Shown here one piece after another: positions 37,453 to 49,653 of a DNA stretch of 64,000 nt. This DNA is from Felis catus (Eukaryota). Below the pieces are notes generated by a model that was given only the letters and a program-made list of their open reading frames with translations, was not told where the DNA came from and made no database searches. The stretch's first letter is position 1; each line of letters starts with the position of its first letter. The stretch is taken from NCBI RefSeq assembly GCF_018350175.1, contig NC_058383.1, positions 13,828,001 to 13,892,000 of the forward strand, written 5' to 3'. The translations under genes were made by a program, and so were the position numbers.

Positions 37453-39418
37453 TGATGCGCTTTGTAAAATAGTTGTTAAGCATCTTTTATGTCTTGGATG
37501 GAAGCGGCTTTACAGTCTTTTCTTTTTTGGCTGAGTTACCTTTTTTTGTTTCTCAGAATCCTTCCCAACTTCAAGAACGCAGGGCTGAGCTGATAACAAA
37601 GGTCTTGAGGCTCGTGCTCCTGTGGCTCGAAAGCCCACAGTGCGTGATGGTTTCCCGTGACGTTTGCCCATTCAGATCTCATGACAACCTGGGAAGTGTC
37701 TCTATGGAGATAGAAACATTCTCCCCCTCGCTCCTTTTTGACGTGTAAGAAAGCTGTCCCGGAAGGAGGTTTGCTGAGGGTTACGTCTGTTTTGGCCTGT
37801 GTACGGGGGTCAGGGGGTGAGCTTGGCAGGGTATGACCAGTATGCCAGTATAGTCACTTTCTCTCTTTTCTGCTCATTGGAAGTAATAGTTCCACATTCG
37901 ACCACGCCGTGGATTGGTCCGTTTCCAAGAATAGAAAATAAAGCCGTATATTAACTGTGAACGTCCCCAAGTTAATGTTTGAGCTGCTGTATAATATCTC
38001 CCTAAGTCATTTGATTGCCTTTCCAAGATTCTTCAACTCTGTTCCTCATTATCTCTGCCTCTTTTTAAAATGGAGGCAGTGACTCATGAAAGAGCTTGTT
38101 ACGAGGCATAAGAAGAGCTGCTTTAATGCTTCGTAATTATCTAAACTCCAGTTCAGTGTCGCACTGGTGAAGGTTAAGGAAGAAGTGTTTGGTGTTTTAA
38201 GGTGGTAAGGGAGGTAATGACAAGCTTTCGGCGCAAGGTCGAGAGAATATATAGATCTGGAGAAGGAAACTAAGTCCTCGATCTGTCCCTCAGGTGGAAA
38301 AACACAGGTAGTGCTTAGGGTAAGTGGCCCTGGTCTACGAAGAAAGCCTTGCCAAAGTAGGGCTGAAACAGATTACCGCTCTAAGTAGAAACCTGGGCGA
38401 CGCATCACTGGGTTCTGGATTTGGGGGGAATTTCGGGTGGTGGGGGCTTGGAGGGGGTGCCTTACTTGGATCTTCCTGAAATCCAGAAACAAACAAAAGG
38501 AAATTGACTTGTGAAAGGATAAGGGACATGGCAGCAGAACACCTCTATTCCATTGTTGAGAAGCCGCTACAGTCATTGAGGAGAGGGGCAGGAGGAGTGG
38601 CGAAGGGCAGTGAGAGACCTGGCTTCTAGGCCAAGGTTGGGATCCTAGCACTGACCTTCTGGGGTGGTCTTGTTGGTTTTATGGGTTTGCTATGAAGGAT
38701 GCAGTGCTTTGGCCTTTGACATTCGGGCTCCAATGGAGAATTTACTTACCAGTCAGGCCAATGCCACATGCGTGGACCTGTCTGCATTCCGTGTGTCAGG
38801 GAGGGCATCTGTACTCTAAGTTATTCTCCCTGGAACTGAAGCCCAGGGTTGGCTTTGCTGCGGGGCTTTTGTGTTCTCCTGAAATCCTCCATTTGAAAAA
38901 TCAAGCCCTTGGGAGTGGGAAGTAACATGTTCTCAGGATGCCTGTTGAAAGGACAGTTCCATTCACTTAGCAAACTAAGATGAAGACAGTTACAAATCTC
39001 TGTGAGGCATGAGGCAGATTGTGGAGTTAGGCCAAGTATTATTAAGTTTATCTGAGTGAGTTTGAAAGTTTAGATCAGTTACCGTCCAAATTTTTATTTG
39101 GGCGAGTGGAGTTTGGATTTGAAAATCTGCAAAGAAGGAGGAAGTGACCACTTCTACCGTATTTATTTATACGTACGTGTGGATTATGTAACGTCTACGT
39201 TGCTAGAATATTTTGACTATCATGGTCCTAATAATCTGAATATTCCGGTGCTGTTAACAGACCGTGAAACAAATCCTGTTTTCGTAGAAAAATGTAATGT
39301 AGGATATAAGAGCCTTTACAGACCCAAGGGGAATGGGAGGAAAGATTGTTCAGCAGGTGGTTAGATCTTCATCTCATACCAGAGTAAATTTCTAATGAAC
39401 TAACGAGTTAGATAGATA

Positions 39419-39550
39419 CCATTACTGTTTAACATGGTACTGGAAGGTCTCAGCCTCAGCATTCAGGCAACAAAATGAAATAAAGGGCATATGGATCGGC
39501 AAAGAAGTCAAACTTTCAGTATTTGCAGACAACATAATACTCTATGAAGA
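39419..39550 (+). mobile_element. Isolated L1 ORF2 reverse-transcriptase fragment
   Basis: With one frameshift it translates to PLLFNMVLE/VSASAFRQQNEIKGIWIGKEVKLSVFADNIILYE. This matches L1 RT (PLLFNIVLEVLA..IRQ..EIKGI.IGKEEVKLSLFADDMILY). Confidence 0.9.
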
Positions 39551-39598
39551 GTTAAAAATGCGTTACCTAAAAGCAACCAAAAGTCACTAAGCCACCTC

Positions 39599-39821
39599 GG
39601 GGCGCCTGGGTGGCTCCGTCAGTTAAGCGACTGACTTCGGCTCATGTCACGATCTCGCGGTCCGTGAGTTCGAGCCCCGCGTCGGGCTCTGTGCTGACAG
39701 CTCAGAGCCTGGAACCTGCTTCCGATTCTGTGTCTCCCTCTCTCTCTGCCTCTCCCCCGCTCATGCTCTGTCTCTCTCTGTCTCAGAAATAAATAAACGT
39801 TAAAAAAAAAAATTAAAAAAA
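39599..39821 (+). mobile_element. CanSINE (SINEC)
   Basis: Perfect 18-bp TSD aaaagtcactaagccacc (39579-39596, 39822-39839). Confidence 0.97.
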
Positions 39822-41732
39822 AAAAGTCACTAAGCCACCAATAAAAACCTATAGATTACATATTGCATTCCTTTAGGAATGTTCCTGATGAAGAATAAAT
39901 GTTAGCCTGGAAAAATACCGGATCAAATGATCTGGATCAAATGATATAGGAACTGAAGGGAAATGTGCAGTCACTTTAATAAGCATATTATTGCCTATTG
40001 TCCTAAAGGTTTGGGAAGAGGCCTTTAGTTTTCCAAAGTGAGTGGTGTGGTTCAAATAGTTGTTGGAAGAAAAATGTATTTATAATCTGTATGTTTTAAG
40101 GTAAATTCCTTCCCATTTTTAAAAAATGTCAGGTCAGTGCCTTCTATACATTGTCATTAATCCATCCAAATAGGAACGATTTACAGAGGGATTGAGTCTG
40201 ATTGATGGGGTCATGAGTTGAAAGACTTTGTCGTGGTGAAGAGGGCACTGGGTGGGAAACGCTGACCTGTACTGGAAGTGAGAAATGTCTACGTTGTGCT
40301 CTACGTTCCCAAAGCTGGCTCATCAGAGCTGTATTTCCTATTTCATATACTTGGGAAGAGATTGTTTCCACAAAGTGCATCTCTGACTGTTAGAAAGATC
40401 TAGACATAGGGTAGATTGATTGTGCAAGAGAGTCATAAATATGCCCTTCTGTTCCCCAGTGCTCGACCTCCTCACCCCTTCCGCCTCCTTGTAAATCATG
40501 GGCCTTCACCAGCCCCCTCTGTCATTCTGCCGCATTAACAGAGAGAAGGGGTACTATTGTTGACTCCATCTCTCTGTTAGCCAAGCTAGTGTTACTCCCT
40601 AAACGGGCTAGAACATTAACCATAACTGCTCACAAGGAGAAAAGTTATCCTCCTCTTGCTTCTTTAATGCCTGGTGGAGACCCGAGGAAGCAGTGATAAA
40701 TAGAAAAGGCAAGGAGTTAAACAAATTTGGATAATACGTGCAAGCTAATGTTTCCACGAGAGTGTTAATACTTGCGTTTTCCGCATGCTTAGTCATAGAG
40801 CAGACTTTCTCAGCCTGCCCCTTAGTTATATCGCCTAAGCAGTTGATGCAGAAAGGGCCTGGGAAATTAGATTTTGCAATGTTGCGTCTTCTAGAAACAT
40901 CTGTAGTATAAATTCTGCCTCGTCCCTAGAATCAAAATGGAATCAGAAGATCGTGTTTCTGGGTTTGAGTCTAAAGGAATTTATTTTTGAAGCCCTGTTT
41001 GCTCTGTTATTTTTAGTGTGGGGTAGAAACATCCTGACCTTTGATACCCACTTCTATCTCATTGGTGTGTGATTTCTGGAGGAAGGGATAGTCGCCAGAG
41101 TGGACCAGCATGCATTTTGCTTTACTGTTCTACTACTATGTGCTGCCTTGATTATCCAGGGGTGCACAGGACGTTCACATGACCCAAAAATCCAGAGGAG
41201 TGACGAGAAGGTCTCCCTCATGTTTCAGAGCCCCGGGGCTCTATAGATAACCTTGAAGAGAGAAAAAAGTCATTGCCCATTTTATTGATGTTGTGATTGG
41301 CAGTAAAATACTATAATGTAGACAGATTATTATATGCAGCCAATTAGCAATAAAGAGGAGCATTTCAATAGACAGATTAATTAGGTGTTAAAATTTAGGC
41401 AAGTGGGAATTAACAAAGACCCCCAACGGAAGGTTTCTGCTGAGGATACCCGCGAGCTAACTTTTGGTCAGGTTAAGTCCATAAACTGAAAACAGATTAA
41501 GAGGTGTGGCCGAGTTATCCTCAGACTCCCAGGTGTGCAGTTAGAAGGCTTTGCAGATTTATGGGCCTTTCTGCAGACTTGCCTAAGAACCAGGAAGTGA
41601 GGTCCTTGCAGGTCTCCGTGTCCTAGAGGGAAGTCCCGGACACCACGTTGCAAACGCACAGTGTGCTTGTGAGTGGCGGTTCTCCCCAGGGGGAGATGGC
41701 GTGTAGGGGAAGCCCGTGGCCATTCTCACTGC

Positions 41733-41925
41733 TTTTTGTTTGTTTGATTGTCTCAGAGAAAAAGAGAGGGAGCAAGAGCAGGGGAGAGGCAGAGAGAGAA
41801 TCTTAAGCAGGGGCCACGCCCAGCGCGGAGCACAGCGCAGGGCTCAATCTCACGACCTTGAGCTCATGGCCTGAGCCGACATCAAGAGTCGGACGCTTAA
41901 CCAGCTGAGCCACCCACGTGCCCCC
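41733..41925 (-). mobile_element. CanSINE, older subfamily
   Basis: agagaatcttaagcag...atcaagagtcggacgcttaaccagctgagccaccca body. Confidence 0.9.
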
Positions 41926-41926
41926 T

Positions 41927-42028
41927 CTTTTTTTTTTTTTTTTTTTTTGTTAATTGAAGTATAGTTGACAGACAGTGTCCCATTAGTTTCGGGGGGTAAC
42001 ATCGTGCTTCCACGACTCTGTACCTTAA
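41927..42028 (-). mobile_element. Short carnivore L1 3' terminus with poly(A)
   Basis: T-run followed by aattgaagtatagttgacagacagtgtcccattagtttc. Confidence 0.7.
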
Positions 42029-42806
42029 GCTTTTCTTTCTCTTGGTGCTAGAACTTGTAACTCTTAAGGCGGTCTTGTCTTCTTGGTCAGAGAAACGGGC
42101 GTTGCTGTGTGGACAGATGGGAGGAAAAGGATCCTCACGTGGTTTGCAGGTTATTTTATCCCGTCTCTCACAACCGGAGAGGAACAGTGTTAGATCTTCA
42201 CCTGTGTGGCTCTTCTAGTCACGTCAGCCCTTGACACACTGGAATATTCTTGTTCCGTGTCGTCCACGTCTTCGTGCCGCACCAAGTATGGACAGAGTCG
42301 CCCTCCCCACCCCTGCCTTCTGGAGGCCACGTCACCAGGGAAAGTTTTGATTTGCTGTTGTTCTTTCATCCTGACAAGCTTTTGAGGCCTTTCCGGCCCT
42401 GCCTTGGCTATCCGGTTGTAGAGAAATTTCGATCCACATGTTACCTGGAAGGATCAGGTGCACTCTGGTACCACCAGAGTGAGCGGGGTTCCGTGCGGAT
42501 CTTTTTCTGTCTTCCCCACATGCCGGCCGTGGAAACATCTAACCGAGGGAAGGGCTTGGGTACCCACACCAGAAATCTTGATCCAGAAAGAAATCTAGAT
42601 GGGCTTTTACTAGCCACTCACCTTGAGTTGGAATGAATTGTCCTCTGAGAATCGCCTGGGCTCACAAGAGAGCCCACAGGCACTGTCAGAGCGCAGCTTA
42701 GCCGTGCAGAGATGTGAAGGCAACCCTGTCTCCTTACGTGTGCCCTTGTCGCCCTCACGGAGGTGTGTGTTAAAGGATCCAGAGAAGAGGAAACGGAAAG
42801 TCTTCG

Positions 42807-43791
42807 ATTTTGTTTTTTATTGAAGTACGTACAATATTCTGTGGGTTTTTTTTTAAATTTTTTTTTCAACGTTTATTTATTTTTGGGACAGAGAGAGACA
42901 GAGCATGAATGGGGGAGGGGCAGAGAGAGAGGGAGACACAGAATCGGAAACAGGCTCCAGGCTCTGAGCCATCAGCCCAGAGCCTGACGCGGGGCTCGAA
43001 CTCCCGGACCGCGAGATCGTGACCTGGCTGAAGTCGGACGCTTAACTGACTGCGCCACCCAGGCGCCCCAGTATTTTGTGGGTTTTGACACTTGGGCGCG
43101 TTGCGAACTGATCACCACAGTTAAGTGCCATCTGTCCCCGTACAAAGCTACTACGATATTACTGACTATATTCCCCATGCTGTGTATTAACATTTCCGTG
43201 ACTCATTTCTTTTGTAACTGGAAGTTTGTATCTCTTCATGCCCTTCACCCATGTCACCTCTCAACCTGCCTCTCCTTGTAAGGGGACACCAATCTGGTCT
43301 CTGTGAGTTTTGTTTTGTTTCGTAGGTATCACACGTAAGGGAAATCTTGCAGGATTTATCTTTCTCTGAGTTATTTCACGTCGTGTAATACCTTCAAGGT
43401 CTGTCCACGTTGCAGCAGATGGCAAGATTTCATTTTTTGTGGCTGAGTGATATTCCACGGGATCCGTATGCCACGTCTTCTTTATCCTTTCACCAGTCGA
43501 TGGACACTTGGGCTGCTTCCGTGTCCTCGCTGTTAACGTGCAGTGAACATGAGGGTGCAAGAATCTTTCCAAATTAGTGCTTTTGTTTTCTTCAAATACA
43601 TAATCCAGCAGGGGAATTGCCAGATCATTTGGTGGTTCTGTTTTTTAATTGTTGGAAGACCTTCCAAGTTATGTTCCCGCCAACAGTGCACGAGGGGTCC
43701 CTTCTCTCCACATCCTCGCCAACACTTGTTTCTTGTCTTTTTGAGCATAGCCATTCCGACAGGTGTGGGGGGATAGCTCATCGTGGTTTTG
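42807..43791 (-). mobile_element. 5'-truncated L1 (L1MA/L1_Carn-like) with ORF2 C-terminal relic, interrupted by a SINE
   Basis: Track ORF 43533..43781 TPVGMAMLKKTRNKCWRGCGEKGPLVHCW is the L1 ORF2 Cys-rich region. TSD acggaaagtcttcg (42793-42806) / acggaaagtgtttg (43792-43805). Confidence 0.92.
42850..43069 (-). mobile_element. Young felid CanSINE inside L1
   Basis: TSD caatattctgtgggtttt / cagtattttgtgggtttt. Confidence 0.97.
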
Positions 43792-44089
43792 ACGGAAAGT
43801 GTTTGGTCGGTGGATGCATTGTATAGGTGAAAGATGATGGATTGAGTACCTGTGGGTGCTCCTCGTGTCCCCTCTCTTATACTTTTTGTTCTGCCTGTAG
43901 CATAGACTCTTTGTCTCTAAAGGAGCGCCAGACGGCATGATTTTCGTGTCTGGCTCTAAAGTTAGGAGGTGGAGAAGAATTGCAGCTTGCCTTAGCATCA
44001 GAAAGCCAATTTTTAATAACTGGAATCATGGAAACTTTTGACTGGGGAAAGATCTGAGAAAGATCAGGCGTTTGTAAATCTTCTGTCTG

Positions 44090-44500
44090 TAGCTTCCACG
44101 CCAGCTGGTCACAAAGCCTGTGCTTGAACACCCCCGAGACACCTTTCCAGGAGCTCCGTTCTGTCTTTAGGCAGGCTGCTACAAAAGTCTCGTCTTTCTT
44201 GGGCTGACGTCTGTTTCCCATGGAGCGCTTTCCCCTTGGAGCCATGTAAGAGAAGTCTACTTTCTCTTCCAAAGACAGCCTCCGTGTTTCCTGCCCTCCT
44301 CCCTTTCCCCCTTCCTGCAGCCAGGACCAAGGAGACAAGGCTTTGATTCTGTCCGTCATCCTCTGAATTCGTTCCAGCTTACCTACGGCCCCCTTAGAGT
44401 AAGGTCTGCAGAACTTGATGCTCCCGATGTGGTGTAACCAGTACCTATCACCCCCGTTTGCTCGGTGATACGTTTTTATTAAGGCAGCCAAAACTCGCAT
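44090..44500 (-). mobile_element. L3/CR1 LINE relic (ORF2 C-terminal region)
   Basis: KFCRPYSKGAVGKLERIQRMTDRIKAL resembles CR1 QFW.PH.KKD..KLERVQRRAT.M..GL. The minus-strand ggtgttcaagcacaggct...tgaccagct matches the L3 3' region. Confidence 0.7.
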
Positions 44501-44617
44501 TAGAATGGCTTTGGGCTGATTGGAGCTTACCACAAAGTGAATGCAAGTACCAGCTGTTTTCAAGTAAAGGAAAGGAGAGGCAAGGCTTAGTAGGGGCAGA
44601 TTTTTAAAAGACCTAAA

Positions 44618-44835
44618 GGGGCGCCTGGGTGGCGCAGTCGGTTAAGCGTCCGACTTCAGCCAGGTCACGATCTCGCGGTCCGTGGGTTCGAGCCCCGCGT
44701 CGGGCTCTGGGCTGATGGCTCAGAGCCTGGAGCCTGTTTCCGATTCTGTGTCTCCCTCTCTCTCTGCCCCTCCCCCGTTCATGCTCTGTCTCTCTCTGTC
44801 CCAAAAATAAATAAACACTGAAAAAAAAAAAAATC
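44618..44835 (+). mobile_element. Young felid CanSINE
   Basis: Perfect TSD ttaaaagacctaaag (44604-44618, 44836-44850). Confidence 0.97.
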
Positions 44836-45059
44836 TTAAAAGACCTAAAGATTCTAAGTACACACTTAACAATTGGTGCTATTGTAGTTCCTTTGGGGTG
44901 TGTTTGCTTAGTTTTGTTTTTTCTTTTAACCCATCACTTATTTCAGCTTGTTAAGCTTTGAGGATTCATATTTCTGTCATGGAGAGTTAGTCCTTCCTTC
45001 CTCTGAGATTGCAGAGGACTTTGTGCTACATTTATTAGAGCTTTTGCTACATTACATGA

Positions 45060-45196
45060 TAGCTATTTATGTCTTTCTTCCATTCAGATATGAGTTCCTC
45101 CAGGAGAGTAATCCTATCTTATCATCATCTTTCTCCTCTCCCTCCAACACTTAGCTTAGAGTAAGTAGGCTTACTATATTTGCGTTGAGTGAATGA
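45060..45196. mobile_element. L2 3' end fragment
   Basis: agatatgagttcctccaggagag...agtaggcttactatatttgcgttgagtgaatga is an L2-type terminus. Confidence 0.55.
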
Positions 45197-45560
45197 TTCA
45201 AAAATATTCATTCTCTCAATTTCTGCCTAGTAATAAATAAGTTCATTGCTAAGTAAGTCGAAGAGGACAGTGCCTGGATGCCTTTCGCAGCGCAGTAGAA
45301 ACTTTGCCCTAGACTCTGCCCTGGACTGACTATTGATCCATTCTTTGACATTCTTTGTACGAGGAGGTTCTCTCTGTCATGCATTTACTTATTTGCATAG
45401 TCAGTTCTGCTGCAACGTTGCTTATGTGTTCCTAAAAAAATCACTGTGCTGTGCACAATGGAATAATTGAAACTGTAGGGCTTAGGGATAAAATGAGTTA
45501 GGAATACAAAAATTTCATCACTGACAATTGTTTTTTTTTTTTTGAAGTAAGAACCTTATA

Positions 45561-45729
45561 GGGGTGCACCTGGGTGGCTCAGTTGGTTGAGCGTCCGACT
45601 CTAGATTTCAGCTCAGGTCACGATCTCACAGTTCATGAGTTTGAGCCCCACATCAGGCTCTGCGCTGACAGTTGGGAGCCTGCTTGGGATTCTCTCTCTC
45701 CCTCTCTCTCTGCCCCTCCCCTCGCCTGC

Positions 45730-45784
<55 letters not shown>

Positions 45785-45833
45785 ATAAAGAAATAAACAT
45801 TAAAAAATATAATAAAGAAATAAAAATTTTAAA
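45561..45833 (+). mobile_element. CanSINE, older subfamily with long (CT)n
   Basis: Head, (CT)n and A tail. gaaccttata is repeated on both flanks. Confidence 0.95.
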
Positions 45834-46163
45834 AGATAGGAACCTTATAAAAATGATAACGTAGTTTTACATGCATTAAGTGATAAGAAACAAACACATA
45901 AATGCTACAATGAATATGGCATTTGCCTTGAAAAAGGCCTGAAGGTGGCTTGTGGAGGCGGATGTTGGGTTGCAGCTTACGCGTTATTGTGAAGAGGTGG
46001 AAAATTGGGACACCAGACGTGGACAGGTGAGCTCCAAATGTACAGGGAGCCCCGGGGTATCAGGCAGGAGTTTGAAACGTGAGCATTCAGTGTGGTGAAT
46101 GGTGGTTCACTGTGGGCTTGGTTCAGCCTGGTGCTGTTTTCTGCATTCACCTAGTGTTTCTTG

Positions 46164-46357
46164 GTTTGTTTGTTTTTTGAGAGAGAGAGAGAGAGAGCAC
46201 GAGCAAGAGTGGAAGAGAGAGAGAGGGAGAGAATCCCAAGCAGGTTCTACATTCGCCTTGGAGTTTGATGCAGGGCTTGATCCCACGACCACAAGATCAC
46301 AACCTGAGCCAGTATCGAGAGTCAGATGCTCAACCAACTGAGCCACGCAGGTGCCCC
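46164..46357 (-). mobile_element. CanSINE, older subfamily
   Basis: Perfect 17-bp TSD tcacctagtgtttcttg (46147-46163, 46358-46374). Confidence 0.95.
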
Positions 46358-46533
46358 TCACCTAGTGTTTCTTGCACGGAGGATCTGCCCGTAAGCAAAC
46401 CCAACATTCACGGTGGAACAAATTCATGTTTTCAAAACAAGTGGTGTGCAGCCCTTTATGAGTCTGGTTTCTTGTTACATTTAGCACCTTTCTCTACAAA
46501 TTGAAAGCTAGAGTTTGAATAGCTCTTACTTCC

Positions 46534-46713
46534 GGGCGCCTGGGTGGCTCCGTTGGTTAAGTGTCCGACTCTTGATATTGGCTCAGGTCATGATTTCACA
46601 GTTGTGGGATCGAGCCCCGCGTCAGGCTCCGCCCTGAGCGGAGACAGATTCCCCCCCTCTCTCTCTGTCCTTCCCCTGCTTTCACTCAAAACAAGACAAA
46701 GCAAAACAAAAAA
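46534..46713 (+). mobile_element. CanSINE, older subfamily
   Basis: gggcgcctgggtggctccgttggttaagtgtccgactcttga head and an A-rich tail. Confidence 0.92.
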
Positions 46714-46849
46714 GGAACAGCACGGAGGAAAGACTTGTACTTTACCCATCCCATTTCTGGTTTAAAAATAAAATTTCACCTCCTATCACTTACATGGTTG
46801 TGACTTGTTGGTGGCCTTAATTAAAAATAGGCTAATGCGCCAATATGAT

Positions 46850-47010
46850 CACAGACTCTTGGAATTCGAAAGAACCCCAGAAATCAGGAGGCCCAGGCTT
46901 CTATTCAGTTCAGGTGAGGAAACCAAGGCTCTAAGAGGTGAAGTGATTTCCTCCAAGTTCTGGGCCAATGAGCGACAAAGCCAGAACGTGAATCCAGTTG
47001 ATTTCTGAAC
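46850..47010. mobile_element. MIR fragment
   Basis: caggtgaggaaaccaaggctctaagaggtgaagtgatttcctccaag is the MIR core. Confidence 0.75.
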
Positions 47011-47476
47011 CGTAATATATTTACTGCCTCTCCTCGCCAAAGCGTGTCATAAGGCAGATGTAAGTTCCATTCATGTAGGGGAGGAGTCTAACCTGAACTT
47101 ACATTATTTCAGCCTCTCCGTTTATTCATGGAGGTGATCCAGTCCACAGTTACTATTCATAAACACACTTCCCGTTGTTTCATTGGTGTTTACCTATAAA
47201 ATTTGGCACTGCACAAGCTCACCAAGTTGTGTCTTCTTCAGACCGCACGCTCTATAATTACATGTCTTTGTCAGGGCAGACGGAAAACCGTGTTTCTTTG
47301 TACTCAGAAAGATTTAAGCATTTGCCGTGAATTGATCTGGGGTTTTGAAGGAAACACATCCCTGGTTATGTTTGTGGAATTTGTGGTGCATTGCAGAGGA
47401 TTAAGATTTCATTGCCTCTAGGCAGGACACGCTTTCTTTTTCCAGTTGATGGGTTTTATTTTGTTTATATCTGTTT

Positions 47477-47494
47477 CCCCCCCCCCCCCCCCCC
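47477..47494. repeat. C18 homopolymer
   Basis: Counted directly. Confidence 0.9.
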
Positions 47495-48850
47495 AGTCCC
47501 CAACACGGACTGACTGGCTGGAAAATTGTATCTGAAGTGCACCTTTGTGTGAAAATCATAGTCTTAGCAAGGGCCCTGCAGGCCCGTTGGCCTTGGCCAC
47601 TTTGCCTGACTTGGTCATTCCTAGTGTACAAGAAATTGAACCAAAGATACGGGGCGGCACTTGAAGAGAGCAGGAGGGGATGGTTAAAAGTGTGGGGTGA
47701 ATGATCATTCCCCCCTCCCGCCTTTCCTATAGGAGAGGAAATAAACCAGTGTATTTTGAGCCCCGACTGTTTGCAAAGCAGTTTTAAATTCTCACTTTTT
47801 GGAGGTAAGTTTTGTTTTAAACCTGGGAGGTAGGCATTCTCAGGGGATGTTTGAATTCTAGACCCAATGCTTTGAAAACCCCCAGTTTCACCTGGAATCA
47901 GGTGCACAAAGCGTGGTGGTTAAAATAAAGCAGTTGATAGATCTGAGTAAATCAAGGTCTAAAGAAACACTGACCAGTGTCGGCGGTTAAAAATAGACTC
48001 CAGGGGTGAATGACTTCCAGCCATTTGTCTCTGGCAGAGCGGACTAGGTTGTGGGCCAGCACATTTCCAGTCTGGGGACATTCGCCCAGTGCCCTCTGTT
48101 TTATCTTGCTCTTTCTAAGCCAGTCCTCCCGTCTTTAAGGTCAGGACTTAAGAATGGCCTTCAGTTCTGCCTTCAGATTGATTGAAAGCCTTCCTTGGCA
48201 CCTGAACAAGGAGGAAATCTTCAAACGGGCACATTTCAATTCCGTCGGCCAACGTGGCCTCTGTGAGCACAGGGAGTAGCGGTGAAGTTCCACGTGCTGC
48301 TGGGGGCGTGCCCTTGTCGGACCGAGCTGGGTGCTTGGGTGCAGCAGCGGACGGGCTGGGGGAAGACTGTTGCAGAGTGCGAACAGCCCCACGAACCGGG
48401 AGACGCTGTCGTTTAGGCTCTGAGATGTCCTCCTTGTGTCTTTGTTCAGTTCAAGTGCCTGGGGTGCCCGCGGGAATCATCACCGGGCAGCAATCTTCCG
48501 AGTGGTGATTTTCTCCTTTGGGAGGACCTTTTACCTCCGACAGAATCGAGATCTCAGATTTCAACGGTACTTGAGGTCGGGTGAACGATATGGGGACGCG
48601 AAGAATTTCTCTCAGGTTACCCTTCTAAGTGTTCTTGAGTTGATTTGGCAAAACGTGTCTTGCTGTCTTTTCCTCTTCCTTCGTGTTCCGCTGCAGCGAT
48701 GCGTGTCCTCAAGAAAAGGGTGATTCAACAATTATATTTTCAATCCGCAGGGGTTTTTTTGCAGCTGAAGAAATTAACTCTTACCCCTTGCCTGGTTGTA
48801 GAAGACTTTATCCTATAAACCTTCATCTTATCCCCCTTGTTTCAGTTTTG

Positions 48851-48852
<2 letters not shown>

Positions 48853-48890
<38 letters not shown>
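48853..48890. repeat. (GT)19 microsatellite
   Basis: Counted directly. Confidence 0.95.
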
Positions 48891-48894
<4 letters not shown>

Positions 48895-49323
48895 CATCAT
48901 AGGGATTTCCAGGACAAAACCCTGTCCCCCCCTTCAACCCCATGTACTTTGGACCCCATGATTGCAGCATTCTTACCAGCATTTATTGGTGCTTGATGTT
49001 TCATTGCTGGGTGATTTGTCTATGTAGTTCTTAGCAGTTCTGTTTAGCTAATTTTGAAAAGGTTTTTTGCTTTGGTTTTCTCATATTGAGTATATTAGGC
49101 CCACTGCACAGTTACTTGACTCTGTAGCACCTTTGTGGATTTAAACCGTGTTCTGTTGCAAGTGTAAATACGATAAAAGGTGAAAAATAAAAATCCTCTG
49201 ACACCTCCCTATGACTAGTCCCCAAGTGAAGCCAGGTACATTTTCACATTTTCTCAATGCACATAAAATTGTGTATTTGTACTCGTAAAGTCTGTAGACA
49301 GCATGCAGACCACAAGCATGTTC

Positions 49324-49653
49324 TTTTTTTTTTTTTTTTTTTTTTTAAGTAGGCTCCAGTGCAGGCTTGAACTCACAACCCTGAGGTCAAGACCCTGAAA
49401 TGAGATCAAGAGTGGATGGCTCAGCCAGTCAAGCGTCCAACTTGGGCTCAGGTCCCAATATCACAGTTCGGGAGTTCAAGCCCTGCGTCGGGCTCTATGC
49501 TGAGAGCTCAGAGTCTGGAGCCTGCTTCGGATTCTGTGTCTCCCTCACTCTGCCCTCTCCCCTGCTTGTGCTCTCTTGCTCTCAAAAATAAAAAATAAAC
49601 CTTGAAAAAAAGAGAGAGAGAGACACTTAACTGACTGAGCCACCCAGACTCCC
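49324..49653 (-). mobile_element. Short-type CanSINE split by an oppositely oriented CanSINE
   Basis: Tail plus body to gatcaagagt (49413), resuming at agacacttaactgactgagccaccca (~49621). TSD caagcatgttc / caagcatattc. Confidence 0.85.
49414..49612 (+). mobile_element. CanSINE (5'-truncated) nested in the previous element
   Basis: ggatggctcagccagtcaagcgtcc...ctcaaaaataaaaaataaaccttgaaaaaaa. Confidence 0.9.

Larger units (their letters stand above)
45398..46452. mobile_element. Tigger13-like TcMar DNA transposon carrying two CanSINE insertions
   Basis: agtcagttctgct...gttcctaaaa...ccttgaaaaaggcctgaag...ttcacctagtgtttct...ggaacaaattcatgttttcaaaacaag is colinear with the recalled Tigger13a consensus. 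Confidence 0.7.

Noticed and set aside
34539..43998. ORFs 34539..34754, 43261..43572 and 43533..43781 as genes
   Set aside because: They are frameshifted relics of the L1 ORF2 C-terminus.
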